From a virus (Duplodnaviria; Heunggongvirae; Uroviricota; Caudoviricetes), in IMG/VR virus record IMGVR_UViG_3300033463_000016, positions 1 through 61,994 of that record: 61,994 bases of DNA. One strand, 5' to 3'. The notes under the pieces were generated by a model. It did no database searches and was not told where the DNA came from. It saw nothing but the letters and a program-made list of their open reading frames with translations. The stretch's first letter is position 1. The number at the start of each line of letters is the position of its first letter. This document shows, in pieces, positions 19,519 through 28,525 of this stretch. The position numbers and the translations under genes were made by a program.

Positions 19519-20670
19519 TTATAGGTCATCAAGTGTTTTAACGGCAAGGTATCCTTCAGCTTCCGCAAAGTGAATATACGTATCGAGAGTAATCTGCACA
19601 CTTGCGTGACCTAATAATGTTGAGATAGTTTTAATATCAACTTTCTTTCGGAACAATCTGTTTGCAAAAGTATGCCTCAATGAATGCGTTGATCCTTTGT
19701 TTAATTTTGTATTTTTGACAATCCTGCGAAATGTGCGATCATATTGTTGTGGTGCAAGGACTCCCCCATTTTTAGCACAGACAATATATTCACTATTAGG
19801 ATGTTCATCAAACATACGTTGCAAGGCGCATTCAGCCATTTCGTTCAGTGGAACCTTACGATAGCCGGAATAAGTTTTCGTTGTCATAGCAATGGTTTCA
19901 TATCCGGTTGCATTTCCCTCTGAATCACGTGTCTTGACTGTTTGCACGTTTTCGCGGATATAAAGAAGATGGTTATCTTTGTCCCAATCTGATTTTTTTA
20001 ATCCAACAATTTCGCCACGTCTTGCTCCTGTGTTCAACTGTAAGATATAAGCGTCGCCATAAAGATATTTAGGCGTTTCAGAGTTTGGATATAATCTTCT
20101 GCATTCTTCTATAATTAACCGAGCTTCATTCTCATCATACCAAACCATTTCTTTTTTGGGGAATGTTGATTCTGCTGGCATTATCACGCCTTCCATTGGA
20201 TTCTTGGCTATGTCATTTTGACTTAATGCGTGTTTGATAACCATATTAGTTCCATCGTATGTTTTCTTAACTCTGGAATACGAAAGACCCTGCCTTTTAA
20301 TATCATTCAGCATCTTCTGAATATCGTTGGTTGTGATTTCAGAAATTCGCAAAATACCGATATGGGGGAATATTTGATTTTTGAATGTCCCTTCGAGTGT
20401 ATCATAACTCGATGCTTTCATTGTTGTCATTTTGTAAGTAACAAGCCATTTCTTTGCGTAGGTTTCAAAAGAAGTCGTGACGGGATCAATATGAGAATCC
20501 AAATCAAATTTATTCATTTGTTTTTGAACTTCCATTTTTGTAGTCCCAGAGAAATAGATGACTTCCGGCTTACCATTCGACTTATATCTGCCGGTATGGA
20601 TTCTTCCATAAAATTTTGACCCACGCTTGTAGATGCTGCCTGTACCCTTTGGACGCCTTTTGTTTGCCAT
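19519..20670 (-). CDS. int: Tyrosine recombinase (phage integrase)
   Basis: AAGGAG SD before ATG 20670; 'LNTGARRGE', 'HSLRHTFA' and 'LGHASVQITLDTY' give the catalytic R/HxxR/H/Y residues; N-terminal arm-binding-like region. Confidence 0.95.
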   Translation of the reverse strand: MANKRRPKGTGSIYKRGSKFYGRIHTGRYKSNGKPEVIYFSGTTKMEVQKQMNKFDLDSHIDPVTTSFETYAKKWLVTYKMTTMKASSYDTLEGTFKNQIFPHIGILRISEITTNDIQKMLNDIKRQGLSYSRVKKTYDGTNMVIKHALSQNDIAKNPMEGVIMPAESTFPKKEMVWYDENEARLIIEECRRLYPNSETPKYLYGDAYILQLNTGARRGEIVGLKKSDWDKDNHLLYIRENVQTVKTRDSEGNATGYETIAMTTKTYSGYRKVPLNEMAECALQRMFDEHPNSEYIVCAKNGGVLAPQQYDRTFRRIVKNTKLNKGSTHSLRHTFANRLFRKKVDIKTISTLLGHASVQITLDTYIHFAEAEGYLAVKTLDDL

Positions 20671-20721
20671 AATAAGCACTCCTTTATAATTAGAATATGT
20701 AAAAACAAGTGATTATTCTGG

Positions 20722-20766
20722 ATAGTGCTACACTTTGTAGATTTGTAGCACTATTGTAGCACTATT
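20722..20766. repeat. Putative integrase arm-type sites: TGTAGCACTAT, one inverted copy plus two tandem direct copies
   Basis: ATAGTGCTACA at 20722-32; TGTAGCACTAT at 20744-54 and 20755-65. Confidence 0.8.
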
Positions 20767-20848
20767 TTCTGATATTAGATGATACTATCTGATAAACAGT
20801 ATTAAAGAAAAAAAAGAGCCGTTTAAACGAACAAATTTTCTAATATCA

Positions 20849-20877
20849 ATTATAGCATATATGTTCTAATATTGCAA
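20849..20877 (-). promoter_or_regulatory. sigmaA-type promoter, probably for int
   Basis: TTGCAA-17 nt-TATAAT with an extended TG on the - strand. Confidence 0.7.
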
Positions 20878-20930
20878 GGAATGATTCTAATTATTTCAAA
20901 ACGCCCAAAATGGCTTATCTATGCGGTTTT

Positions 20931-20968
20931 TGAAAGAAAAACACCTTAACCCAACAGGATTAAGGTGT
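20931..20968 (-). terminator. Terminator directly after tRNA-Cys
   Basis: - strand ACACCTTAATCC-TGTT-GGGTTAAGGTGT followed by TTTTCTTTC. Confidence 0.8.
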
Positions 20969-20973
20969 CATCT

Positions 20974-21048
20974 TGGAGGCGACGACCAGATTTGAACTGG
21001 TGAATCAGGCTTTTGCAGAGCCGTGCCTTACCACTTGGCTACGTCGCC
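20974..21048 (-). tRNA. tRNA-Cys (GCA), complete, CCA encoded
   Basis: GGCGACG/CGTCGCC acceptor stem, GCC/GGC D-stem, CGGCT-CTGCAAA-AGCCT anticodon arm, ACCAG-TTCAAAT-CTGGT T-arm, U73 and CCA. Confidence 0.95.
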
Positions 21049-21072
21049 GGACAGATTATTAAATTGAGAAAT

Positions 21073-21089
21073 AAGGTTTTGCAGACCTT
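21073..21089 (-). other. Isolated tRNA-Cys anticodon stem-loop (AAGGT-CTGCAAA-ACCTT); candidate attP core
   Basis: Perfect 5-bp stem around a 7-nt Cys anticodon loop, located between the two clusters of arm-type repeats. Confidence 0.6.
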
Positions 21090-21147
21090 GATTCCTCATT
21101 CAAATATTGCAGGTGACACCTATATTTTTAAGTATGGTTTCTGTTTC

Positions 21148-21170
21148 TGTAGCACTATTGTAGCACTATT
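21148..21170. repeat. Putative integrase arm-type sites (second cluster)
   Basis: TGTAGCACTATTGTAGCACTATT, identical to 20744-20766. Confidence 0.8.
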
Positions 21171-21190
21171 ATATTTCTAAATAAGAAATT

Positions 21191-21394
21191 TCAATACCGA
21201 AACGTCTTATTTATATACTTGTCTAACCATTTTTCAAAGTTCAGCTTTGTGACATACAGGCGATTATTCAACTTAAACGAAGGGAATCCATCACTTCTCA
21301 TTAGTTCATATGCACGAGTTTTTCCTAATGCCAATATTCGTTGAATATCGTTTACTGTATATACCACAATATCACAATCTGCATTATTTGTCAA
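21191..21394 (-). CDS. xis: Excisionase/recombination directionality factor (HTH_17-like)
   Basis: AAGGAG SD before TTG 21394; 'YTVNDIQRIL.LGKTRAYELM...FPSFKL..R..V' winged-helix pattern; adjacent to attP/int. Confidence 0.75.
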   Translation of the reverse strand: MTNNADCDIVVYTVNDIQRILALGKTRAYELMRSDGFPSFKLNNRLYVTKLNFEKWLDKYINKTFRY

Positions 21395-21445
21395 TATTAT
21401 CTCCTTATAATGTATATACATATTATTGTAGTGGGGCGAGTTATC

Positions 21446-21883
21446 TCACCCGCCCCACCAATCTTTCCTCAGTTCTTTACGCCAGATCATTATTCCTTTG
21501 TTCTTTTCTGCTTCTTCCTCGGTATTAAATACACGCATCTGTAAACTTTTTGGATTTGATAAAGTTAAATCATTTGTTGGCTGTCCCGCTTGCGTACCAC
21601 TTATGGTAAAACTATAATAGAACTTTCGTTTTTGCGTTATTTTATATAGTCGCATTTTGACTACTTTATTTGTGATGTCATCTTCCGGCATAACAACGTA
21701 GTATTCTGATCCTACGGTTAATTGTTTATTTAGATGATTCATTATAATACCGAGTGCATCAGACAATCCCGCGACATAGTGTTCTTGGTAACTATCCTTT
21801 ATTCCCGCCATCTCACGGGTTATTTTGTTTTGTAATTCTTTGATGGCGGGATTCACACTATGTAATGTTGCTTGAATTTCCAC
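21446..21883 (-). CDS. Hypothetical protein
   Basis: 145-aa ORF in the - strand gene run. Confidence 0.6.
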   Translation of the reverse strand: MEIQATLHSVNPAIKELQNKITREMAGIKDSYQEHYVAGLSDALGIIMNHLNKQLTVGSEYYVVMPEDDITNKVVKMRLYKITQKRKFYYSFTISGTQAGQPTNDLTLSNPKSLQMRVFNTEEEAEKNKGIMIWRKELRKDWWGG

Positions 21884-21889
21884 GTTATA

Positions 21890-22318
21890 TTATTTTGTTC
21901 CGGTGCTACCAAATCCTCCGCGATCGGTATCATCGAGTGAATCTGCCTCAGTAAATGTAACGGTCGGTTGTTTCTCCATAATTCTGAACTGACAAATGCG
22001 GTCGCCCTTATTGATAACAGTATCCTTTACAGCAAAAGCAGGGAACTTCCAAATATCATTTGTACCGCTATAAGAATTGTCGATAACGCCCATAGAGTTG
22101 GCTTGCAGCACACCCCAATTCTTAAATGTTGAACTGCGAGGTACAACGTGTGCTTCATATCCTTCAGGAAGTTTCATTGAAACTCCAAGACTAATAAGGG
22201 CAAATGCGCCCCGGTTTAGTTCTACGTTTTCTGCCGCTCTGAGATCAATCCAATCTCCTTTTTCGATCTTTTCAAGTTTTTCGATCCCTGTATCGTGATA
22301 CTTAATTAAGATTTGCAT
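21890..22318 (-). CDS. dut: Trimeric dUTPase
   Basis: 'GDWIDL', 'PRSS', 'GVIDNSYSG', 'RICQ' and 'RGGFGSTG' motifs. Confidence 0.95.
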   Translation of the reverse strand: MQILIKYHDTGIEKLEKIEKGDWIDLRAAENVELNRGAFALISLGVSMKLPEGYEAHVVPRSSTFKNWGVLQANSMGVIDNSYSGTNDIWKFPAFAVKDTVINKGDRICQFRIMEKQPTVTFTEADSLDDTDRGGFGSTGTK

Positions 22319-22889
22319 TATAATCACTCCATTCATTCTTAGCAAAACAGTTATTATCTTTGATGTATTGAATTACATTGTTCTTAAATTGCGGAATATC
22401 TATAACTCTTTGATTGTAGCTTCCAGCCCAAATAATGTGCTTATTATATGTATCAATCTTTTCGTGTTCAAATTGACCGTCCACGATTATGTCAGCCAAA
22501 AGAATTGCGGAAGCTCTCAGAACATCAAAGGAATTATCATCGTTTATGGCTTTTTCAAAGATTTCATCGATCTTGTAACCGGTATATATCCAGATTTGCT
22601 TGTCCGGGAATTTCTCACGAATTTTTAGTAACAGAATATATACATTTGAAACGTTCTCATCACATAATGGTTCTCCACCCAAAATTGTCAGCCTATCAAT
22701 ATAAGGATGGGATAGATATTTAATTAGTTGGTTTTCCGCACAACCATTCCATAAATTACCGCCGGAAAAATCCCAAGTTTCCGGATTAAAGCAACCTTTA
22801 CAGTGGAAGTGGCATCCTTGAACAAAGAGGGACACCCCAATACCCTCTCCGTTCGTATATTCGCACTTCTCTATCAAAGCATATCTCAT
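22302..22889 (-). CDS. nrdG: Anaerobic RNR activating enzyme (radical SAM)
   Basis: '[23 protein letters not shown]' (CxxxCxxC) and 'GSYNQRVID'. Confidence 0.95.
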   Translation of the reverse strand: MRYALIEKCEYTNGEGIGVSLFVQGCHFHCKGCFNPETWDFSGGNLWNGCAENQLIKYLSHPYIDRLTILGGEPLCDENVSNVYILLLKIREKFPDKQIWIYTGYKIDEIFEKAINDDNSFDVLRASAILLADIIVDGQFEHEKIDTYNKHIIWAGSYNQRVIDIPQFKNNVIQYIKDNNCFAKNEWSDYNANLN

Positions 22890-22893
22890 TTGA

Positions 22894-25206
22894 TTATCCT
22901 TTTAAGTGCTTGACTCTTTCTTCTGTTTCAGCTTGCTTTCCCGGATTAAAGGCTGTTTTGTAATCTCCGGTAAGGTAGCCCGTTACACGGCGCAATCTGC
23001 GAATTTCAGTACATCCACACATCGGACAGGCATCCTCGATTTCAGCGGTATAACCGCAATTTGTACACATATCATTAGGAACGTTGACCGCAAAATAAGG
23101 AATATCCTTATCCATAGCATAATTGACGATGGTTTCCAACGCTTTGATATTATCCTTTACACGGGCATTGAGTTCAATATATGTAATGCAACCTGCACTC
23201 GAATAGCCGGTAAGTTGAGATTCAATATCGATCTTCTCAAACGGTGTCATCTCTTTCCATACAGGAACGTGGATGGAGTTTGTGAAGTATTCACGATCTG
23301 ATACGTTCGGAATAACACCAAAGCGATCCTTGAATTTCTGCATAGCAGTATAGCAAAGATTTTCAGCGGGAGTAAAGTAAACACCAAAATTGAGTTTGTA
23401 TTCCTGTTTAAACTCAGCACATCTATCTTTGAATAACTGCTCGATTTTCTTTGCTACTTCCATACCTCTCGGTTCGGTATGATCGCATCCGACAAGAATT
23501 TGCAGAGTTTCGGCAAGACCTAACTGACCCATAGCCAACGTTCCGTGCTTTAAAGCGGAACGAATATCCTTGCCATCATACCCCTCCATCAGTCCGTTTT
23601 CATACATAAATTTTGCGGAATCTGGTGATTGTGAAGCGATGTACTCAAATCTTTCAATAAGCATATCTTTTGCTTCGTGGATTTTTTGGTCGAGATATTT
23701 TAAGAATACATCTACAACATTATCGTCGTATGTACTATCAAATTTCTCTTTTGCTTCCATAGCAATAGTAGGAAGAATTATTGTCGTCGGGCAGATGTTT
23801 CCACGACCATCTTTTAATTGTCCGAACCCATTAATGTCGAAGCCATTGGCTGTTCTGCAACCCATTGTGCTGAAAATTGTTCTCGGATCATCAGGGTCAT
23901 AACCGGCGTTACCCGACCAATCAATATTGGCATAATTCGGATAGAGTCTTAACGAGGTTGATACAAGAGCCATCTTGAACAAATCATAGTTCGGATCACC
24001 ATCCTTGCGGTTGATTCCCTTGCCTAATTGGAAGATGCCACAGGGGAAGATAGAAGTCTTATTTAGTTTACCTATTCCTCCAATAGAAACGTCAATCAGA
24101 GTTTTTGTGATAAGTCTGCCCTCAGTCTTTGTACAAGTACCATAATTAATTGAAGTAAACGGCAACTGATTGCCCGATCTACTTTGCAGTGTGTTTAAGT
24201 TATGATATAATCCCTCAACCGCTTGTTTGATTTCAACGATGGTATCATATAAGGCACTCTGATAATACTTACCAATCAGTTCATCTTTGTTATCGAGAAA
24301 ATAATCTGATTCTTCTGTACCGGTAAAATGGAAGAAGTCTTTCTTATGGTCATCTACCCAATCTTCAAACTTATTGCGGGTAATAGTGATTCCGTTCGGA
24401 AGTTTCTCCAAATAACAGTCAAACATCAAATCAATTAGATTGAGTTTCGTGAAATCAGGTCTGTCCTTCAGCCAAGCGGCAATGTAATGCTTTAAGAAAC
24501 TCTTTTTGACGTAAGGAACCATAGTCCAATCAAGGTGGGTTGATGATACGCCGCCGAACTGCTGAAGGCTCTGTAATTGGAACAGAACGGCTACGAGCTG
24601 AAACGCCGTGCCTACCGATTGCGCCGGTCTAACATCTGTCTGGCGAGTGTTAAAACCATTTGCAAGCAGTTTATCAAACGGAATGGAGAGGCAGTTATGA
24701 TCTCCGACAGAATAATGGTCTAAATCGTGAATATAAATCCTGTTGTTGATATGGTTCTCTCTCGCCATAGGCGACATTCTGTAATTTAGAGCGTCATTTT
24801 TCATATAAACGCTCAATGCTGCGCCCATCTTTCCTCCAGATGATTTCTCATCAACATTGGCATTTTGATTTTCTACGTGCTTTGCAAATAGTTTGTCCTC
24901 AAATTCTGTTTGAAGTTTGCTCTTTTGTTGTCTGGCTCTCGTTCTATCGTTACGATAGATGATATAAGCCTTTGCTACATCTTTGCGAGAACTCTGCATA
25001 AGTTGTTTCTCAACCATATCCTGAATATCCTCAACTTGGAATCTCTCTCTGTCGAGGTTTTCAATATCTTTGGCAATTTTCTCGCAAATTTCTCTGGACG
25101 TATCATCAACATAGCCATCAATCTCAATAAATGCCTTTTCAATTGCATTGATTATCTTGTTAATGTCAAAGTCAACGATTCGCCCATCACGTTTAATGAT
25201 TTCCAT
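22894..25206 (-). CDS. nrdD: Class III anaerobic ribonucleoside-triphosphate reductase with ATP cone
   Basis: N-terminal 'IIKRDG' ATP cone, 'IYIHDLD', 'TPAE.L', C-terminal CxxC...CxxC and 'RRVTGY' glycyl-radical loop. Confidence 0.97.
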   Translation of the reverse strand: MEIIKRDGRIVDFDINKIINAIEKAFIEIDGYVDDTSREICEKIAKDIENLDRERFQVEDIQDMVEKQLMQSSRKDVAKAYIIYRNDRTRARQQKSKLQTEFEDKLFAKHVENQNANVDEKSSGGKMGAALSVYMKNDALNYRMSPMARENHINNRIYIHDLDHYSVGDHNCLSIPFDKLLANGFNTRQTDVRPAQSVGTAFQLVAVLFQLQSLQQFGGVSSTHLDWTMVPYVKKSFLKHYIAAWLKDRPDFTKLNLIDLMFDCYLEKLPNGITITRNKFEDWVDDHKKDFFHFTGTEESDYFLDNKDELIGKYYQSALYDTIVEIKQAVEGLYHNLNTLQSRSGNQLPFTSINYGTCTKTEGRLITKTLIDVSIGGIGKLNKTSIFPCGIFQLGKGINRKDGDPNYDLFKMALVSTSLRLYPNYANIDWSGNAGYDPDDPRTIFSTMGCRTANGFDINGFGQLKDGRGNICPTTIILPTIAMEAKEKFDSTYDDNVVDVFLKYLDQKIHEAKDMLIERFEYIASQSPDSAKFMYENGLMEGYDGKDIRSALKHGTLAMGQLGLAETLQILVGCDHTEPRGMEVAKKIEQLFKDRCAEFKQEYKLNFGVYFTPAENLCYTAMQKFKDRFGVIPNVSDREYFTNSIHVPVWKEMTPFEKIDIESQLTGYSSAGCITYIELNARVKDNIKALETIVNYAMDKDIPYFAVNVPNDMCTNCGYTAEIEDACPMCGCTEIRRLRRVTGYLTGDYKTAFNPGKQAETEERVKHLKG

Positions 25207-25219
25207 ATAAGACCTCTTT

Positions 25220-25648
25220 TCATATTAAAAGATATGTAACTATAAAGTCGGCAGCATCCTCAACCGTACTTGCTTTGTAGAACACGCCAGATTCAATCCA
25301 AGGATGATCTGTGTCGGGTTCTCCTATTCCGATAGTAGAGATGTGTTTACCGGCAAGCCTATTAACTGCGTGAATAACTCCCATTTCCATATGTGTACCG
25401 ATGCTATCTCTGATGTTGGACAGATTAAATACAACAATATCGCTTTCCATAATCTGTCTGATCTCCCATTCTTTCGCGGCTCTTTGATCGGGAAAATCAT
25501 AATCGAAGAATAACGGTGGATGCACAAATATTATTTTCTTATCAGTTTTGAGTCGGATTATTTCTTCCAATTCACGTCGCCATTCCATTTGCTCTAAATG
25601 GGATATTCCACTCATTTTTCCAGAAGTAAAGATTTTATATTGCTTCAT
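25220..25648 (-). CDS. Nucleoside 2-deoxyribosyltransferase-like protein
   Basis: 'IFTSGKM', 'SDIVVFNL' and 'SIGTHMEMG' fit the Rcl/NDT fold. Confidence 0.65.
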   Translation of the reverse strand: MKQYKIFTSGKMSGISHLEQMEWRRELEEIIRLKTDKKIIFVHPPLFFDYDFPDQRAAKEWEIRQIMESDIVVFNLSNIRDSIGTHMEMGVIHAVNRLAGKHISTIGIGEPDTDHPWIESGVFYKASTVEDAADFIVTYLLI

Positions 25649-26215
25649 TTATTCTCCTTTACAGTTGTAATAATTTAGTGGTTTTTCGCCATAAAGCAAT
25701 TCACCGGTTATTTCAAGAGCGACACGCCATAAATCTCTTTTATCGCCATTGTTATTGATTACAATGTCATAGTCATAATCAAACACACTACCATCTGCTA
25801 TATTTGACGTAATCTGCGGGATAGAATCTCTTTTAATTAGAATGGTAGTAGCGCCGAATTCTTGTTTTACTCTTTCGATTTCTTGGGGTTCTCTTATATG
25901 AAGAAATAGCATTACAGCGTTATCTATATCCTGAAATTCCTCTACTTTTTCTTTCATACTGTTAAATGGTAGATCATTATAATCGGACAAAAGCATTTTC
26001 AAGTCTGATAAGAATTTTCGATTTCTTTCAGTTTTGGTTCCATCCCAACCCATCAATTCTGCGAATTGTTTTATCTTTTCTACCGATGAATAGTTCAATA
26101 CTACGGCTTTATTGTTAATACCTTTTGCTACGCAATCGGATACACAATCTACAAATGTGTCTTTGCCTACACAACCCGATCCATTTAATACCACAATGAC
26201 TTTACGCTCATTCAT
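25649..26215 (-). CDS. P-loop nucleotide (dNMP-type) kinase-like protein
   Basis: N-terminal 'LNGSGCVGKDT' Walker A; located in the dNTP cluster. Confidence 0.6.
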   Translation of the reverse strand: MNERKVIVVLNGSGCVGKDTFVDCVSDCVAKGINNKAVVLNYSSVEKIKQFAELMGWDGTKTERNRKFLSDLKMLLSDYNDLPFNSMKEKVEEFQDIDNAVMLFLHIREPQEIERVKQEFGATTILIKRDSIPQITSNIADGSVFDYDYDIVINNNGDKRDLWRVALEITGELLYGEKPLNYYNCKGE

Positions 26216-26218
26216 TTT

Positions 26219-26551
26219 TTAATCACCAACTTTCCTAACATACATATCAAGGAGTTCAATCTTTTCGCTTCGTGTGCAATCGTAATGAAACAGATCATCA
26301 AGCTCATTTTCTGGCATATTTGACTCGCCAAGAAGTTTCGCTTTTTCATCAACTGATTTCATAGCCCATTCAAGATTGATCTTTTTATCGAGGCATTCTT
26401 CACAAATATCCTCACCCTCATAGTGATATTCAGCATCTTCTACCCCACAAGTATCGCAATAATACGTTGGAACGTTGTAATACCTACAGGATTTGCCGAG
26501 GCATCCAAGGTTAGGTGGACAACCAACGCATTCATTAACGTACTTTATCAT
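26219..26551 (-). CDS. Cys-rich hypothetical protein
   Basis: AGGTGG SD; CVGC, CDTC and CEEC motifs. Confidence 0.6.
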   Translation of the reverse strand: MIKYVNECVGCPPNLGCLGKSCRYYNVPTYYCDTCGVEDAEYHYEGEDICEECLDKKINLEWAMKSVDEKAKLLGESNMPENELDDLFHYDCTRSEKIELLDMYVRKVGD

Positions 26552-27071
26552 TAAATCCACCTATGTTTTTGAAAGTTATGAACTGATATTGGATTCCTTT
26601 ATATTCTCCAACATCTCCGAAATACTCACATTCCCAACCAGGATCATCATCTAAATTCGGGAAATATGTATCTGCCTTAAATGTTTGTGCCGTCATTGTT
26701 ATTAGGGCTTTGTCACAATACTTTATGAGTTGTTTATAGATACTGCCACCACCGATAACATAAACATCGTGACCAACAACATCCTTTAATGACTTATTGC
26801 TGCGGATATATGAAATAGCATCTTCCAAACTCAAATAAATGACGCCATTTTTATCACGAACCGGATTAGAGTATCCATATGAAATCACCATATTGATTCT
26901 GTTTTTCAAAGGTTCGGAACCCATAGATTCAAATGTTTTTTGCCCCATAATCACGACGTTATATTCAGTTAGTGCCTTGAAGCGCTTCATATCTTCGGGA
27001 ATGCGGAATAATAACTCGTTTTTATACCCTATCCCCCAATTCCAATCTACTGCTGCGATCGCGTAAATCAT
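26535..27071 (-). CDS. folA: Dihydrofolate reductase
   Basis: 'GIGYKNELL..IPEDMKRF', 'VIMG.KTFES', 'VIGGGSIY' and 'ADTYFP'. Confidence 0.95.
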   Translation of the reverse strand: MIYAIAAVDWNWGIGYKNELLFRIPEDMKRFKALTEYNVVIMGQKTFESMGSEPLKNRINMVISYGYSNPVRDKNGVIYLSLEDAISYIRSNKSLKDVVGHDVYVIGGGSIYKQLIKYCDKALITMTAQTFKADTYFPNLDDDPGWECEYFGDVGEYKGIQYQFITFKNIGGFNDKVR

Positions 27072-27925
27072 ATTCCCAACTCCAATCTAATCTGCGGCTT
27101 AATCGGCTCATAATTCTGCATCTCAAAATCTTCAATAGTCATTTCAAAGAAATTTTCATTATTAGAATTAAGAATCAACTTTGGATTAAGTCTTTTTCCT
27201 TCGATAGATTCTTCTAATCTCTGTCTTGTATTTCTTTTTAATAATTCTTTGGCTGCGTCAATGTGTCTGTCATATATTTGTTCATTAGCAACGAAATGAG
27301 TAAACACGCCCTCTTTATATCCTGTGTGACGAGCAATCATCATAAGCAATGCCGCATATTGTACTTCATTGACCATACCGCCACCTGATGCTGTGAGCAT
27401 ATCGCCAGAACGTTGAATCATACACATATCGAGATATTCATCACGCACATTCCAGATCGTACAGAACGCACACGGAGCAAGTCCGGCAGTTTCACGTAGA
27501 TCAGTTTCTTGCCAAAGGCTAATTACTTTTCTGCGACCGTATGGGTCTTTTTTAATACTATCAATAAGGTTATTGATTAGGTCGTATCTCTTGACTGTGC
27601 CGCCGTATCTTTGACCGATTGTACCGTCGCCAATATCCCAATCTTTCCACCAACCAACACCCATTTCCTCCATTTCAGAGATCACATTTGTTGGTTTCTG
27701 ATAGATTGTGAAAATCTCTTTAATTGCTGTTTTCCAAGCAACAGGTCGCAAGGTGCAAATTGGAAATTCGCCATTACTTAAATCATATTTTCTTACAGTG
27801 TGATTAATTGAGATTGTATGTGCGGGAGTCCCATCAGCATATTTTGGTCTTGGATTAACATCCTTATATCCGTGTTCTTGAATATTTAAGATAGTATCAA
27901 CCAAGTATTTATCTGCTTTTGTCGT
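27068..27925 (-). CDS. thyA: Thymidylate synthase ThyA; the SD-predicted start codon is ACG
   Basis: 'LAPCAF', 'QRSGD' and 'IYDRH'; AGGAGGT lies 7 nt before ACG-ACA-AAA-GCA. Confidence 0.9.
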   Translation of the reverse strand, partial: TTKADKYLVDTILNIQEHGYKDVNPRPKYADGTPAHTISINHTVRKYDLSNGEFPICTLRPVAWKTAIKEIFTIYQKPTNVISEMEEMGVGWWKDWDIGDGTIGQRYGGTVKRYDLINNLIDSIKKDPYGRRKVISLWQETDLRETAGLAPCAFCTIWNVRDEYLDMCMIQRSGDMLTASGGGMVNEVQYAALLMMIARHTGYKEGVFTHFVANEQIYDRHIDAAKELLKRNTRQRLEESIEGKRLNPKLILNSNNENFFEMTIEDFEMQNYEPIKPQIRLELGI

Positions 27926-28340
27926 ATATCTCACCTCCTGGTGCATTCGCTTGCATACATTCCAATTCAAAATGACAATCATCTTCGCCACGCTTGATAT
28001 GGCATTTTGGAATATCAAGTTCAACATAAGTAGTTTCGTATCCGTATTTCTTTAACCACTTTTTGTTGATTCGTCTTTTCTTATGTCTGCGTTTTTGCCT
28101 TGTTCCGTCCGGGATCATCATAGTCACCTTAAAATTAGTCGCATATTCATTTTTTGCTATTTCTTGAATAGCAGATAGATTTACCGGTTCTGTTTCCAAA
28201 TGAAAAGATAATGACGATTTGGTTATAATAGGCTTTTCCATATTGTCACATTGGCATTCTTCAAATGAATGGACTTCTGGAATTTTTGATAATTTAATGG
28301 AATTAATGAACAGATTACCATTAGTTAATGATAAACTCAT
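27909..28340 (-). CDS. Hypothetical protein
   Basis: AAGGAGG SD; TGATG coupling to the upstream ORF. Confidence 0.6.
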   Translation of the reverse strand: MSLSLTNGNLFINSIKLSKIPEVHSFEECQCDNMEKPIITKSSLSFHLETEPVNLSAIQEIAKNEYATNFKVTMMIPDGTRQKRRHKKRRINKKWLKKYGYETTYVELDIPKCHIKRGEDDCHFELECMQANAPGGEIYDKSR

Positions 28341-28525
28341 CACATTGCCCTCCTTGGTGGAGCTTGTAGCCAGTGTACGGCGCACCGCGTAAAAGTATTG
28401 CATACCGGACATCTCCTTAAAAATTCAACTCTATTCTCTGTTGTTGGTTTCAAAATAATTGTCCCACATTTCAAGCACTGATAATGGTAATCAAAATGAT
28501 TTTCGATTCTCGTAACATTATTCAT
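28340..28525 (-). CDS. Small zinc-ribbon protein
   Basis: CLKC...CPVC; start overlaps the dnaE stop. Confidence 0.55.
   Translation of the reverse strand: MNNVTRIENHFDYHYQCLKCGTIILKPTTENRVEFLRRCPVCNTFTRCAVHWLQAPPRRAM

Noticed and set aside
21049-21085. Dedicated sigmaA promoter for the phage tRNA-Cys
   Set aside because: An AATAAT -10-like box exists, but the matching -35 position is poor, so it is not supportable.
21431-21458. GC-rich hairpin GTGGGGCG/CGCCCCAC as a terminator before xis
   Set aside because: It overlaps the upstream stop codon region and has no U-tract on the - strand. The nearby 12-bp palindrome ATGTATATACAT (21410-21) is too short and AT-rich to call an operator.
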